A DNA stretch of 64,000 nucleotides from an uncultured Acidimicrobiaceae bacterium (GCA_963848345.1 CAWKDF010000001.1:306559-370558), one strand, 5' to 3'. Positions 47,902-58,059 are shown, numbered from the stretch's first letter. Numbers and translations are program-made. The notes: a model not told the origin generated them from the sequence alone.

Positions 47902-48894
47902 GTGAGTTCGGCGCCGCTACGGCTGGTCAGCACTGAAGAGCGGGGAGTGCAGCTGCCCCCGGTCGTCACCAAGCCGATCGTCGAGTCAGAGGCACAGTTG
48001 CGGGCGGTGCTCTCAGGACTGTCGGGCGTTGACGCGGTCGGCGTGGAGGCGCGAGCGGCCAAGCTCGCGACCCGATCGCTCAAGAAATCGACCAAGATGA
48101 TCGCCATCGATCTCGCGATCTCGATGGTCGATCTCACGACGCTCGAAGGTGCCGACACCCCGGGCAAGGTGCGTTCGCTCTGCGCCAAGGCTCGCCATCC
48201 TGATCCGCTCGATGAGTCAGTTCCGAGCGCGGCTGCCGTGTGCGTGTATCCCGATCTCGTCAGTCAGGCGCGCGCGGCGTTACGGGGATCCTCGGTTAAG
48301 GTCGCCTCCGTCGCGACCGCGTTCCCCTCCGGACGGGCGTCCCTCTCCGTGAAGCTGCTTGACGTTCGTGACGCGGTCACGGCGGGAGCCGACGAGATCG
48401 ACATGGTTATCGACCGCGGAGCGTTTCTCTCCGGTCGGCTCGGGCTCGTCTTCGATGAGGTCGTTGCCGTCAAGGAGGCGTGCGGAGACGCGCACCTCAA
48501 GGTGATCCTCGAAGCGGGAGAACTCGTCACCTACGACAACGTTCGCCGGGCGAGCTGGCTCGCGATGCTCGGCGGGGCCGACTTCATCAAGACCTCGACG
48601 GGCAAAGTCAGCGTGAACTCGACGCTGCCGACGTGTCTCGTCATGCTCGAGGCGGTGCGCGACTTCGCCGAGATGACGGGCGCCCTCGTGGGCGTGAAGG
48701 TGGCCGGGGGGATTCGAACGACAAAGGACGCGCTGCGCTACCTAGTACTCGTCAACGAGACGACCGGCGCGGCGTGGCTCACGCCAGATCGCTTCCGCAT
48801 CGGCGCGTCGTCGCTCTTGAACGATCTGTTGATGCAGCGCGTGAAGCAGCGTCGTGGCGCATACGCGCGGCCCGACGAATTCAGCACTGACTGA
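47902..48894 (+). CDS. deoC: deoxyribose-phosphate aldolase
   Basis: DLTTLEG, GADEIDMV, FIKTSTGK, GVKVAGGIR, RIGASS. Confidence 0.95.
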   Translation: MSSAPLRLVSTEERGVQLPPVVTKPIVESEAQLRAVLSGLSGVDAVGVEARAAKLATRSLKKSTKMIAIDLAISMVDLTTLEGADTPGKVRSLCAKARHPDPLDESVPSAAAVCVYPDLVSQARAALRGSSVKVASVATAFPSGRASLSVKLLDVRDAVTAGADEIDMVIDRGAFLSGRLGLVFDEVVAVKEACGDAHLKVILEAGELVTYDNVRRASWLAMLGGADFIKTSTGKVSVNSTLPTCLVMLEAVRDFAEMTGALVGVKVAGGIRTTKDALRYLVLVNETTGAAWLTPDRFRIGASSLLNDLLMQRVKQRRGAYARPDEFSTD

Positions 48895-50354
48895 TGAGCG
48901 ATCTGACCTCCTCTCCGCTCGGCTCGCTCGAATACGATCCCGCACCCGAGTCCAGGGCGGTCGCGAAGCTGCGCGAGAGCTACGGACTCTTCATCGACGG
49001 CGAGTTCACCGATCCCTCTCGGCACGAGTCGTTCGTGACCTTGAATCCGGCCACCGAAGAGCCGCTCGCGAATGTGGCCCAGGCGTCGAGCGACGACGTC
49101 GATCGCGCGGTCGCTGCTGCACAGCGCGCGTACCAGACGGTCTGGAAGAAGACGACCGGAGCCCAGCGCGCCAAGTATCTCTTCCGGATCGCCCGACTGA
49201 TTCAAGAGCGCTCGCGAGAGCTCGCGGTCGTAGAGACGCTGGACAACGGCAAGGCGATTCGCGAGTCGCGTGACATCGACATCCCGCTCGCGGCGGCGCA
49301 CTTCTTCTACTACGCCGGCTGGGCCGACAAGCTCGACTACGCCGGGTTTGGCGCGAATCCTCAGCCCCTCGGGGTCGCCGGTCAGATCATCCCGTGGAAC
49401 TTTCCGCTGCTCATGGCCGCGTGGAAGCTCGCTCCTGCGCTCGCCGCGGGAAACACCTGCGTGCTGAAGCCCGCCGAAACGACCCCACTGAGCGCCCTGA
49501 TCCTGGCCGAGATCCTTCAGCAGGCGGAGCTCCCGCCGGGCGTCGTCAACATCCTGACGGGTGACGGCTCGACCGGCGCGGCGCTCGTTGACCACCCGGG
49601 CGTGGACAAGATCGCCTTCACCGGATCGACGGAGGTCGGACGGCTCATTCAGCAACGGGTGGCTTCGAGTCATAAGCACCTGACGCTCGAACTTGGTGGC
49701 AAGGGGGCGAACATCGTGTTCGACGACGCCCCGGTAGACGAGATGATCGAAGGGATCATCGACGGGATCTTCTTCAACCAGGGACACGTGTGCTGCGCGG
49801 GTTCTCGGCTACTCGTCCAGGAGTCCGTTGCCGAGGAGGTCGTGCGTCGGCTCATTCGACGAGTCGATCAGCTGCGCGTCGGCGATCCGCTCGACAAGAA
49901 CACCGACGTCGGGGCGATCAACTCCGCAGCACAGCTCGAGCGCATCAAGGAGCTCAGCGCCTATGGCGAGGTCGAGGGAGCCACGCGCCATACCAGCTCG
50001 TGTCCGCTGCCCGATCGAGGCTACTGGTTCGCACCGACGGTCTTCACCGACGTGTCTCAGTCGCACCGCATCGCCCGCGAGGAGATCTTCGGGCCCGTTC
50101 TCTCGGTGCTCACCTTTCGCACCCCCGAAGAGGCTGTCGCCAAGGCGAACAACACGAGCTACGGCCTCGCCTGCGGGGTCTGGAGCGAAAAGGGCAGCCG
50201 CACGCTCTGGGTCGCTGAACGCCTGCGCGCCGGCGTCATCTGGGCGAACACCTACAACCGCTTCGATCCCGCGAGCCCGTTCGGCGGGGTGCGCGAGTCG
50301 GGCTTCGGGCGAGAGGGCGGTCGTCACGGCCTTGAGGCGTATCTCAATGTCTGA
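48894..50354 (+). CDS. aldehyde dehydrogenase (likely acetaldehyde, deoC-linked)
   Basis: PWNFP, FTGST, LELGGK, GHVCCAG, EEIFGP. Confidence 0.93.
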   Translation: MSDLTSSPLGSLEYDPAPESRAVAKLRESYGLFIDGEFTDPSRHESFVTLNPATEEPLANVAQASSDDVDRAVAAAQRAYQTVWKKTTGAQRAKYLFRIARLIQERSRELAVVETLDNGKAIRESRDIDIPLAAAHFFYYAGWADKLDYAGFGANPQPLGVAGQIIPWNFPLLMAAWKLAPALAAGNTCVLKPAETTPLSALILAEILQQAELPPGVVNILTGDGSTGAALVDHPGVDKIAFTGSTEVGRLIQQRVASSHKHLTLELGGKGANIVFDDAPVDEMIEGIIDGIFFNQGHVCCAGSRLLVQESVAEEVVRRLIRRVDQLRVGDPLDKNTDVGAINSAAQLERIKELSAYGEVEGATRHTSSCPLPDRGYWFAPTVFTDVSQSHRIAREEIFGPVLSVLTFRTPEEAVAKANNTSYGLACGVWSEKGSRTLWVAERLRAGVIWANTYNRFDPASPFGGVRESGFGREGGRHGLEAYLNV

Positions 50355-51192
50355 TCGCCTCGACGTGCGAAAGACCTACAAGCTGCTCGTCAATGGCGCG
50401 TTCCCGCGCTCAGAGTCAGGCCGCAGCTACGAGGTCACAGATTCGACCGGATCGTTCCTCGCCAACGTCGCCCAGGGATCGCGCAAGGACATTCGCGACG
50501 CCGTCGTCGCCGCCCGCGGCGCTCAGGCCAAGTGGTGGTCCGCCACCGCCTACAACCGAGGTCAGGTGATCTACCGCCTCGCGGAGATGGCGGAGTCTCG
50601 CCGCGAAGAGCTCGCCGAGCACGTGGCACTGGCAGAGGGCCTGAAGCCAAAGGCCGCCCGGGACAGCGTCGCACGGGCCATCGATCGCACCGTCTGGTAC
50701 GCCGGCTGGACCGACAAGGTGGCGCAGGTCTTCGGCTCGTCCAATCCCGTCGCCGGTCCGTTCTTCAATTTCTCGTTGCCCACGCCAAGCGGTGTCGTTG
50801 GCGTGATCGCGGAGCAGCACTCCTCGCTGGAGGCGTTCGTGGACGCGGTGCTCGCACCGATCTGTGTGGGCAACACGGTCGTCGCCCTCACCAGTGAGCG
50901 CCGCCCGACGCCAGCGGTGCTGCTCGGCGAGATGACCGCCACCTCGGACTTCCCTCCCGGAGTGCTCAACATCATCCCCGGCGTGACGGGCGAATTGGCG
51001 CCGATTCTCGCCGCGCACGAGGACGTCGACGGCCTCGACCTTGCCGGAGTCGACGAGGGCTTTGCCGACGAGCTAGCGCTCGCGGCCGCCACCTCGATCA
51101 AGCGAGTGCTCCGAGACGGTTCGGGAGCACCGCTTCGCCGTCTGCGAGCCTTCATCGAGACGTCCACCGTGTGGCACACGATCGGTCAATAA
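50347..51192 (+). CDS. short aldehyde dehydrogenase-like protein lacking the catalytic domain
   Basis: 281 aa; ALDH N-terminal fold but no ELGGK or catalytic Cys. Confidence 0.85.
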   Translation: MSDRLDVRKTYKLLVNGAFPRSESGRSYEVTDSTGSFLANVAQGSRKDIRDAVVAARGAQAKWWSATAYNRGQVIYRLAEMAESRREELAEHVALAEGLKPKAARDSVARAIDRTVWYAGWTDKVAQVFGSSNPVAGPFFNFSLPTPSGVVGVIAEQHSSLEAFVDAVLAPICVGNTVVALTSERRPTPAVLLGEMTATSDFPPGVLNIIPGVTGELAPILAAHEDVDGLDLAGVDEGFADELALAAATSIKRVLRDGSGAPLRRLRAFIETSTVWHTIGQ

Positions 51193-52010
51193 TGGAGAAC
51201 CCCTTCGTCCTCGCCGAGCGGGCCGCTGGCCAGCTGCGCGAACGAAGCGGTGTCGATCGCTACGACCTCGCGGTGGTGTTGGGCTCGGGCTGGAAGGAAG
51301 GCGCCGATTCGCTCGGGCCCCCGAGGAGCGTCGTCGAGACATCAGCGCTGAGTGGCTTTGCGACGCCGACGGTCGCGGGCCACAGTGGCGAGATCTTGAC
51401 CGTGGAGGCCGGGGGCAAGATCATCGCCCTGGTCTCTGGCCGGGTCCATCTCTACGAGGGGCATAGCGCCAACGACGTGGTTCATCCGGTGCGCACCGTC
51501 ATCGCGGCGGGCGCCACGACGATCGTCCTCACGAACGCGAGTGGCGGGCTCGACCCGTCGGTGCCACCGGGCAGCGTGGTCATCATTCGCGACCATCTCA
51601 ACCTCACCGGAACCTCGCCGCTCGAGGGACCGCCACCGCCTGAGGAATACGGATCGCGGTTCGTCGATCTCACCGATCTCTACAGCGAACGCGTGCGGGC
51701 GCTCGTCCACTCCGTGGCGCCCGACCTCAACGAGGGGGTGTACCTGGGACTGCGTGGCCCGCACTACGAGACACCCGCGGAGATCGTGATGGCGCGCACG
51801 ATGGGCGCCTCGCTCGTCGGTATGTCGACGGTTCTTGAGGCAATCGCGGCGCGCCACCTGGGTGCAGAAGTGCTCGGCCTCAGTCTGGTCTCCAACTTTG
51901 CCGCTGGCGTCGCCGGACGTCCGCTCAGTCACCTCGAAGTGTTGGAGACGGGACAGAAGGCGGCCGGCTCGCTCGGCGTGCTGTTGGCGAGCGTCTTGCC
52001 CACGCTGTGA
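51192..52010 (+). CDS. punA: purine-nucleoside phosphorylase
   Basis: VLGSG, GRVHLYEG, GPHYETPAE, VGMSTVLE. Confidence 0.94.
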   Translation: MENPFVLAERAAGQLRERSGVDRYDLAVVLGSGWKEGADSLGPPRSVVETSALSGFATPTVAGHSGEILTVEAGGKIIALVSGRVHLYEGHSANDVVHPVRTVIAAGATTIVLTNASGGLDPSVPPGSVVIIRDHLNLTGTSPLEGPPPPEEYGSRFVDLTDLYSERVRALVHSVAPDLNEGVYLGLRGPHYETPAEIVMARTMGASLVGMSTVLEAIAARHLGAEVLGLSLVSNFAAGVAGRPLSHLEVLETGQKAAGSLGVLLASVLPTL

Positions 52011-53656
52011 ACAAGGCACTCGAAGAACAGGTTCGCCGCTGGATCGAGCTCGACCCCGACGAGCATGACCGAGGAGAGCTCCGGGCCCTGCTCGAGGCCG
52101 ACGACGAGCCCGAGCTCGAGCGACGCTTTCACGTCCCTTTGACCTTTGGCACGGCGGGGCTTCGCGGTCCCGTCATGGCTGGTCCTGCCGGTATGAACCG
52201 TGCCACGGTGCGCCGGGCGACCATCGGCGTGTTGGCGTGGCTTCACGACCGCGAGCTTGATCCGGCCAGCGGGGTGATCGTCGGCAGAGACGCTCGGCGA
52301 GGCTCAGAGGCCTTCAACGACGAAGTCGTCGCGGTGTTGCTCGGCGGGGGAGCGGTGGTGTACGAGATGCCCTCGCCACTGCCGACGCCGTTGGTGCCGT
52401 ACTGCGTGAAGGCGCTCGGCGCGGTTGCGGGGATCATGATCACGGCGAGCCACAACCCGCGCGATGACAACGGCTACAAGCTCTACGCGCGCGACGGCGC
52501 CCAGATCATCCCCCCCGACGACGAGATCGTTGAGCGCTTCGCCATCCTGTCGCCCGACGTCCCGCTCGCCGAGCGCTCCTCGCTGGCCCACGTCTACGTC
52601 GCGAACGAGACGATCGATGACTACCGCAGGCACATGCTCGATCGCTTTGGCGTTACGGCGAGTGAACTCGCGATCACCTACACCCCCATGCACGGGGTCG
52701 GCGGCGCGACCATGGCTGCGCTCTTTCGTGACGCCGGATACGGACGGCTCACGCTGGTGGAGTCCCAGTTCGTCCCCGACGGGAGCTTTCCGACGCTGGC
52801 CTTTCCGAATCCGGAGGAGCCTGGCGCGCTCGATCTCGCGATCGACACCGCGAATGCGGCGGGATCGACGCTCATCATCGCCAACGATCCGGACGCGGAC
52901 CGATTGGGGGCGGCGGTGCGCAGCGGCGACGGGTGGCGGGTGTTGCGCGGCGATGAGATCGGATGGCTTCTCGCGTCTTCACTTCTCGAAGAGACAAAGA
53001 AGAGTGGCGCCGCGATGGCCACGACGATCGTGTCGTCGACCTTGCTGGCGGCGATGTGTCGGGAGGCGGGGGTGCCGTGCGAGACCACCCTCACGGGGTT
53101 CAAGTGGATCGCTCGCGCGGCGGGCGAGGGTGCGCTCGCGTTTGGCTATGAAGAAGCTCTCGGGTTTGCGGTCGATCCGCTCGTCGCGGATAAGGACGGC
53201 CTCTCAGCCGCCCTTGCGCTCGCGAAGCTGGCACACGGGTACGCCCGAGATGGTCGATCGCTGCTCGACGGCCTGGACGACCTCGAAGCTCGGCTGGGTG
53301 TGCACGCGACGAGTCAGCTGGCGATCCGCGCGAGCGGCCCGGAAGGATTGAGCGAGCTTCGGGGAGCCGTCCACGCTCTTGTCACGTCTCCTCCGCCGTC
53401 GCTCGACGCGTTCGAAGTCACCAAGGTCGTTGACCTGGAGAAGGGCATCCACGGGCTCCCGTCGACCGAAGGGGTGTGGATGTCCCTCGGTGAGCTCGGC
53501 CGCGTGGTGGTGCGACCGTCCGGCACGGAGGCGAAAGTAAAGGCCTACATCGAGATCACACCGCCGCGCACCGGCACGCTGGCCGACCAGCGGACTCGCG
53601 CGGGGCAGATCATGGCGCGCGTACGCGACCGGCTGAGTGAGCTACTGAGCGTGTGA
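52007..53656 (+). CDS. alpha-D-phosphohexomutase family phospho-sugar mutase (likely phosphopentomutase role)
   Basis: FGTAGLRG, TASHNP, DPDADR, GYEEALG, RPSGTE. Confidence 0.92.
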   Translation: MNKALEEQVRRWIELDPDEHDRGELRALLEADDEPELERRFHVPLTFGTAGLRGPVMAGPAGMNRATVRRATIGVLAWLHDRELDPASGVIVGRDARRGSEAFNDEVVAVLLGGGAVVYEMPSPLPTPLVPYCVKALGAVAGIMITASHNPRDDNGYKLYARDGAQIIPPDDEIVERFAILSPDVPLAERSSLAHVYVANETIDDYRRHMLDRFGVTASELAITYTPMHGVGGATMAALFRDAGYGRLTLVESQFVPDGSFPTLAFPNPEEPGALDLAIDTANAAGSTLIIANDPDADRLGAAVRSGDGWRVLRGDEIGWLLASSLLEETKKSGAAMATTIVSSTLLAAMCREAGVPCETTLTGFKWIARAAGEGALAFGYEEALGFAVDPLVADKDGLSAALALAKLAHGYARDGRSLLDGLDDLEARLGVHATSQLAIRASGPEGLSELRGAVHALVTSPPPSLDAFEVTKVVDLEKGIHGLPSTEGVWMSLGELGRVVVRPSGTEAKVKAYIEITPPRTGTLADQRTRAGQIMARVRDRLSELLSV

Positions 53657-54736
53657 CGCGCGAAGCGCGGCGTAGGCCGGCTTAATGATCGTGTTGATCA
53701 TGTTGAGGCGCTGGTTGAACTCGTAGAAGGTGCTCTTGGCGGCGTTCAGCGTGAGCCACTCCATGTCCTCGAGCGTCCAGCCGAAGACGTCCGCGCACGA
53801 TTTGAACTCTCCCGAGAGGCTGATCCCGCTCATGAGCCGATTGTCGGTGTTGAGCGTCACGCGGAAGCGCAGGCGCTTGAGGAGGTCGATCGGGTGCCGG
53901 GCAATGGACGGAGCGGCACCGGTGTGCACGTTCGAGGTGGGACAGACCTCGAGGGGAATGCGACGGTCGCGCACGTAGTTAGCGAGCCTCCCCAAGTGAA
54001 ACTGACCGTCGACCTCGGTGATGTCGTCGACGATGCGCACGCCGTGCCCGAGACGCTCCGCGTTGCAGAACTGGACCGCTTCCCAGATGGAGGGGAGGCC
54101 GAAATCCTCGCCGGCGTGAATGGTGAGGTGAAAGTCTTCGCGCTGGATGAGGTGGAATGCGCGCAGGTGCTTCGTGGGGGGGAAGCCGTCTTCGGGACCG
54201 GCAATGTCGAACCCGCAGACGCCCTCTTCGCGAAAGTCGATGGCGAGTTGGGCGATGGTCTCGCTCAAGGTCGCCTGGCGCATCGCCGAGAGGATGGCTC
54301 GAACGACGATACGGTGACCCTCGTTGGCGGCTTCCTTGGTGCCGAGCGCGAAGCCGTCGAGCACGGCGCGCACCACCTCGTGCAACGTCAGGCCGGCGTT
54401 CAGGTGCTGTTCGGGAGCGAAGCGCACTTCGGCGTAGACGACACCGTCCCTCGCCAGATCGATCGCGCTCTCCGCGGCGACGCGTTCTAGCTGCTCGCGC
54501 GTTTGCATGAGGGCCGTGGTGTGCGCGAAGCCTTCCAAGTATCGCACGAGATCGCTCCCGGGGGCGTCGACGATGAACCACTGGCGAAGCGCGTCGGGAT
54601 CGGTCGAGGGCAGTCCTTGATAACCGCTCTCGCGGGCCAGTTCGACGATGGTTGAGGGGCGAAGTCCGCCGTCGAGGTGCTCGTGCAGGAGGACCTTGGG
54701 CGCCTCGCGAATGGTCTCCAGCGACAGTGCTTCCAT
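53642..54736 (-). CDS. add: adenosine deaminase
   Basis: HEHLDG, HAGE, RLGHG, NTDN. Confidence 0.94.
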   Translation of the reverse strand: MEALSLETIREAPKVLLHEHLDGGLRPSTIVELARESGYQGLPSTDPDALRQWFIVDAPGSDLVRYLEGFAHTTALMQTREQLERVAAESAIDLARDGVVYAEVRFAPEQHLNAGLTLHEVVRAVLDGFALGTKEAANEGHRIVVRAILSAMRQATLSETIAQLAIDFREEGVCGFDIAGPEDGFPPTKHLRAFHLIQREDFHLTIHAGEDFGLPSIWEAVQFCNAERLGHGVRIVDDITEVDGQFHLGRLANYVRDRRIPLEVCPTSNVHTGAAPSIARHPIDLLKRLRFRVTLNTDNRLMSGISLSGEFKSCADVFGWTLEDMEWLTLNAAKSTFYEFNQRLNMINTIIKPAYAALRASHAQ

Positions 54737-54794
54737 CGCATCAGGCTAGCCACGCAGTTGCGTGAAGGGCTCGCGACGCGCGCGGACGACGGGC

Positions 54795-55358
54795 TCAGTG
54801 CTCGAGAAAAGCCAGCGTGGGCTCGAGCAAGCGCGCGGCGCTCGCCGCCTCGCAGCTGGCGAGGCTGTAGTCCGCGAAGAGATGCTGGTCGCCCGGGTAC
54901 AAGAACAGATCGGGGTCATCAACGGAGGCCACGGGCTCGGGGGCGGCCACGAGATGCGTCGTGAAGTACGGGTCGGCGTCCATCGCGTGGATCTGCACCG
55001 GCACACCCTCTGGCCACGTCCTGAACTCCGACACGGGAATGCACGAGTGAAACAGCAGAGCGCCCTTCGTCCCCGGCCGCGTTTGAGCGAGTTACTGCGC
55101 CGACAGGACGCCGAGGGGAAACCCCGCGTAGATCGTGCCGTCGGGCATCGCCTCACTGGCGAGGCGCCCCCGCTCGAGGATGGTGGCAAAGCCCACCGCG
55201 TTGAGGTATTCCTGACCGTCCGCAATGGACTCGAAGGTGCGACCCTCGAAGACGTCTGGCGTCGAGACCGAGTGCCCGCTGTCGCGCAGCCGATCGGCGA
55301 AGCGCTCCACGCCATTCGTGAGACCCTGCACGTGACGGAAAAGAGTGATCTCAGCCAT
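54795..55358 (-). pseudogene. dienelactone hydrolase family pseudogene
   Basis: In-frame TAA at 55092-55094 (SAQ*LAQTRPG); nucleophile motif GFPLG instead of GxSxG; downstream half continues in the same frame. Confidence 0.8.
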
Positions 55359-55407
55359 GATCTTCCTCGAATTACGTCGCTGAAGTTGCCAGCCGCTCGT
55401 GGTCTGG

Positions 55408-56688
55408 CTACGCGCGCACCAGGTCGTAGCGCACGTCCTGGAGTCCAAGAGGTTCGTCGCCGATGACCACGGCGCCCGCGATAGCTTCGCGACCGAGGTC
55501 GAGGTGTGCGTCGTCGTCCGCGTGCAGGGCGAAGAGCGGCTGGCCCTTTTCCACGTGGTCTCCTTCTCGCACGAGGCACATGACGCCAGCAGTGGCGCTG
55601 ACCGGGTCCTCCTTGCGCGCTCTTCCGGCCCCGAGCCGCCACGCGGCGACGCCCACACTCTTTGCGTCGATCGTTCGGACGAATCCTGGATGCGAGGCGT
55701 GAACCTCTTCGATCAGCGCAGCCGTGGGCATGGCGGCATCGGGATCGCCGCCCTGGGCCGCGATCATCCGACGATAGACCTCGTAGGCCGAGCCGTTGTC
55801 GAGGGCCGTCAGCGGGATCGGCGCCGAGACCGACGAGCTCGATCATGATCGAAGCGAGCTCCAACGTGAGCGCTCGCACGTCGCTGGGCCCGCCACCCAG
55901 CAGCACCTCGACCGATTCGGTCACTTCGAGGGCGTTGCCAATGGCGCGTCCGAGCGGCGCGTTCATCGGCGTGAGCTTCGCCACCGTGTTCACGCCGTGC
56001 GCCTGACCGAGACGGACCATGGTGCGCGCGAGGAGGTGAGCTTGCTCCGGATCGCCGATGAAGGCGCCCTTGCCGTATTTGACGTCCAGGACCAGCGCCC
56101 CGGTTCCCTCGGCGATCTTCTTCGACATGATCGACGACGAGATGAGCGGAATCGATTCGACGGTGCCCGTCACGTCGCGCAAGGAATAGAGCCGACGATC
56201 AATCGGGGCGAGCCCCGCGCCCGCGGCGCAGATTACGGCACCGACCGTCTCGAGCTGCTCCACAACCTCCTCGTTGGTGAGCGTCGCCCGCCAGCCGGGG
56301 ATCGACTCGAGCTTGTCGAGCGTGCCCCCGGTGTATCCCAGTCCCCGGCCGGATAGCTGGGGCACGGCCGCGCCGCACGCCGCCACGAGCGGAGCGAGGA
56401 TGAGCGAGATCTTGTCGCCCACGCCGCCCGTCGAGTGTTTGTCGACCGTCGGGCGCGAGAGCCCCCCAGGTCGAGTCGTTCGCCCGACTCGATCATGCGC
56501 GCGGTCCACATGTCCAGCTCGTGCTCGCTGAATCCGCGAAGGAAGATCGCCATGAGCAGCGCGGACATCTGCTCTTCGGCGACTTCGTTGCGCCCGTAGG
56601 CGTCGAGCATCCACGTGATCATCTCGTCGCTCAGGACGCCACCGTCGCGCTTGGCGGTGATCACTTCGACCGCGGTGAATGCCGTCAC
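55408..56688 (-). CDS. deoA: thymidine/pyrimidine-nucleoside phosphorylase with two frameshifts (error or pseudogene)
   Basis: KRDG, DKHSTGGVGDK, SGRGLG, SIMSKK, LGAGR motifs across three segments; shifts at the G run 56462-56467 and near 55807. Confidence 0.88.
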
Positions 56689-57104
56689 GGTGACCGCCGC
56701 TCGCCGAGATCCTCGGGGCCGAAGGCGCCCGGCAGGAGATCTTCGAGGCGCGTCGGAGGTGCGTTGTCGCCCGCGTCGATCAGCAGCGCGTCGCCGCCGT
56801 GCTCAAAGAGCAACTGACGGCAACGTCCGCACGGGGCAATGGGCTCGCCATCGCCTGCGACAATCGAAGCCGCGACCAGTCGTCCGCCACCAATGCGCGC
56901 GAGATCACTCACGAGCGAGCACTCGGCACAGAGGGTGAGCCCGTAGCTGGCGTTCTCCACGTTGGAACCGACGACGATCACGCCCGAGTCCGTCAGCGCA
57001 CACGCGCCAACGGACACGTGCGAGTAGGGCGCATACGCCCGCGCGGCGGCCTCGCGAGCTCCTGAACGCAACGGCTCCCATTCGATCTCAGGGACCCGAT
57101 TCAC
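56685..57104 (-). CDS. cdd: cytidine deaminase
   Basis: AYAPYS, NVENASY, CAE, PCGRCRQ. Confidence 0.95.
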   Translation of the reverse strand: MNRVPEIEWEPLRSGAREAAARAYAPYSHVSVGACALTDSGVIVVGSNVENASYGLTLCAECSLVSDLARIGGGRLVAASIVAGDGEPIAPCGRCRQLLFEHGGDALLIDAGDNAPPTRLEDLLPGAFGPEDLGERRSP

Positions 57105-57110
57105 GCCCTC

Positions 57111-57120
57111 ACTGTACACT
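57111..57120. promoter_or_regulatory. bidirectional overlapping -10 elements (cdd / psuG)
   Basis: ACTGTACACT gives TACAGT-N6-GTG(57104) on - and TACACT on +, within a 25-bp gap. Confidence 0.6.
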
Positions 57121-57129
57121 TTGCGCTGC

Positions 57130-58059
57130 GTGAGCAACTTTCGATTCTCCCCGGTCGTCATAAGTGACGAAGTGACGACGGCGCTGCGCGAAGGCCGTGG
57201 GGTCGTTGCCCTCGAGACCACGATCATCGTTCAGGGTCTGCCTGCGCCGATCAACTTCGAGGTCGCGCGCGAGTGCGAAGCGGCGGTGCGATCGAGCAAC
57301 GCCACGCCGGCGACCATCGGGGTGCTCGACGGCCGCGTAGTCGTCGGCATGACCCCGGCTGAGCTCGAGCAGCTCGCGGATCCTGACCTGCACGCAGCGA
57401 AGCTGTCCGCTCGCGACCTCGGCGTCGCCCTGGCCTCGGGCACCGACGGCGCCACCACCGTTGCGGGCACCATCGCCATCGCCGAACGCGCGGGCATCGA
57501 GGTCATGGCGACGGGCGGGCTCGGTGGCGTGCACCGCGACGCCCCTACGACGTATGACGAATCGGCCGACCTGATGACGCTGGCGCGCACGTCGGTGCTC
57601 GTCGTCGCCTCTGGAGTGAAATCGATTCTCGACATTGGTGCCACGCTGGAACGCCTCGATACCCTCGGCGTGCCGGTCGTTGGCTATCAGACGCGGCAGT
57701 TTCCCGGCTTTTACTTGCGTGACAGCGGATTTGGTCTCGAGTGGTCGGTCGCGAGCGCCGAAGAGGCCGCGCACGCGTTTCGACTCCACCGTGACTTCTC
57801 TGCGACCGGGTTCTTACTTGCCAATCCCGTCGGGGTTGATCAAGAGCTCGACCGTGGCGTTCACGACGCGGCGCTTTCGAGCGCTCTGTTGAAAGCCCAA
57901 GCAGAAGGCGTGAGCGGCAAGGCGGTGACGCCCGCGCTGCTCGCCGAATTTGCGCGGCACACGGATGGACTCTCGGTGCAGGTGAACCGCGACCTGGTCG
58001 TTGCCAATGCGTCGCTCGCGGGAGCCATCGCCTCGTCGCTGGCGAGCCTCCCGGCGTGA
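57130..58059 (+). CDS. psuG: pseudouridine-5'-phosphate glycosidase
   Basis: VVALETTII, GATTVAGT, TGGLGGVHR, DESADL, KSILD, GKAVTP. Confidence 0.94.
   Translation: MSNFRFSPVVISDEVTTALREGRGVVALETTIIVQGLPAPINFEVARECEAAVRSSNATPATIGVLDGRVVVGMTPAELEQLADPDLHAAKLSARDLGVALASGTDGATTVAGTIAIAERAGIEVMATGGLGGVHRDAPTTYDESADLMTLARTSVLVVASGVKSILDIGATLERLDTLGVPVVGYQTRQFPGFYLRDSGFGLEWSVASAEEAAHAFRLHRDFSATGFLLANPVGVDQELDRGVHDAALSSALLKAQAEGVSGKAVTPALLAEFARHTDGLSVQVNRDLVVANASLAGAIASSLASLPA

Noticed and set aside
48894-50354. ALDH as the missing semialdehyde dehydrogenase of the Hyp pathway
   Set aside because: Translationally coupled to deoC and has no operator copy; acetaldehyde disposal is the simpler role.
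55092-55094. Stop-codon recoding (Sec/Pyl) in the hydrolase
   Set aside because: The stop is TAA and the nucleophile is also lost.
54746-56614. 622-aa ORF as a novel fusion protein
   Set aside because: Only its middle is real (a frameshifted deoA segment); the rest is off-frame read-through.
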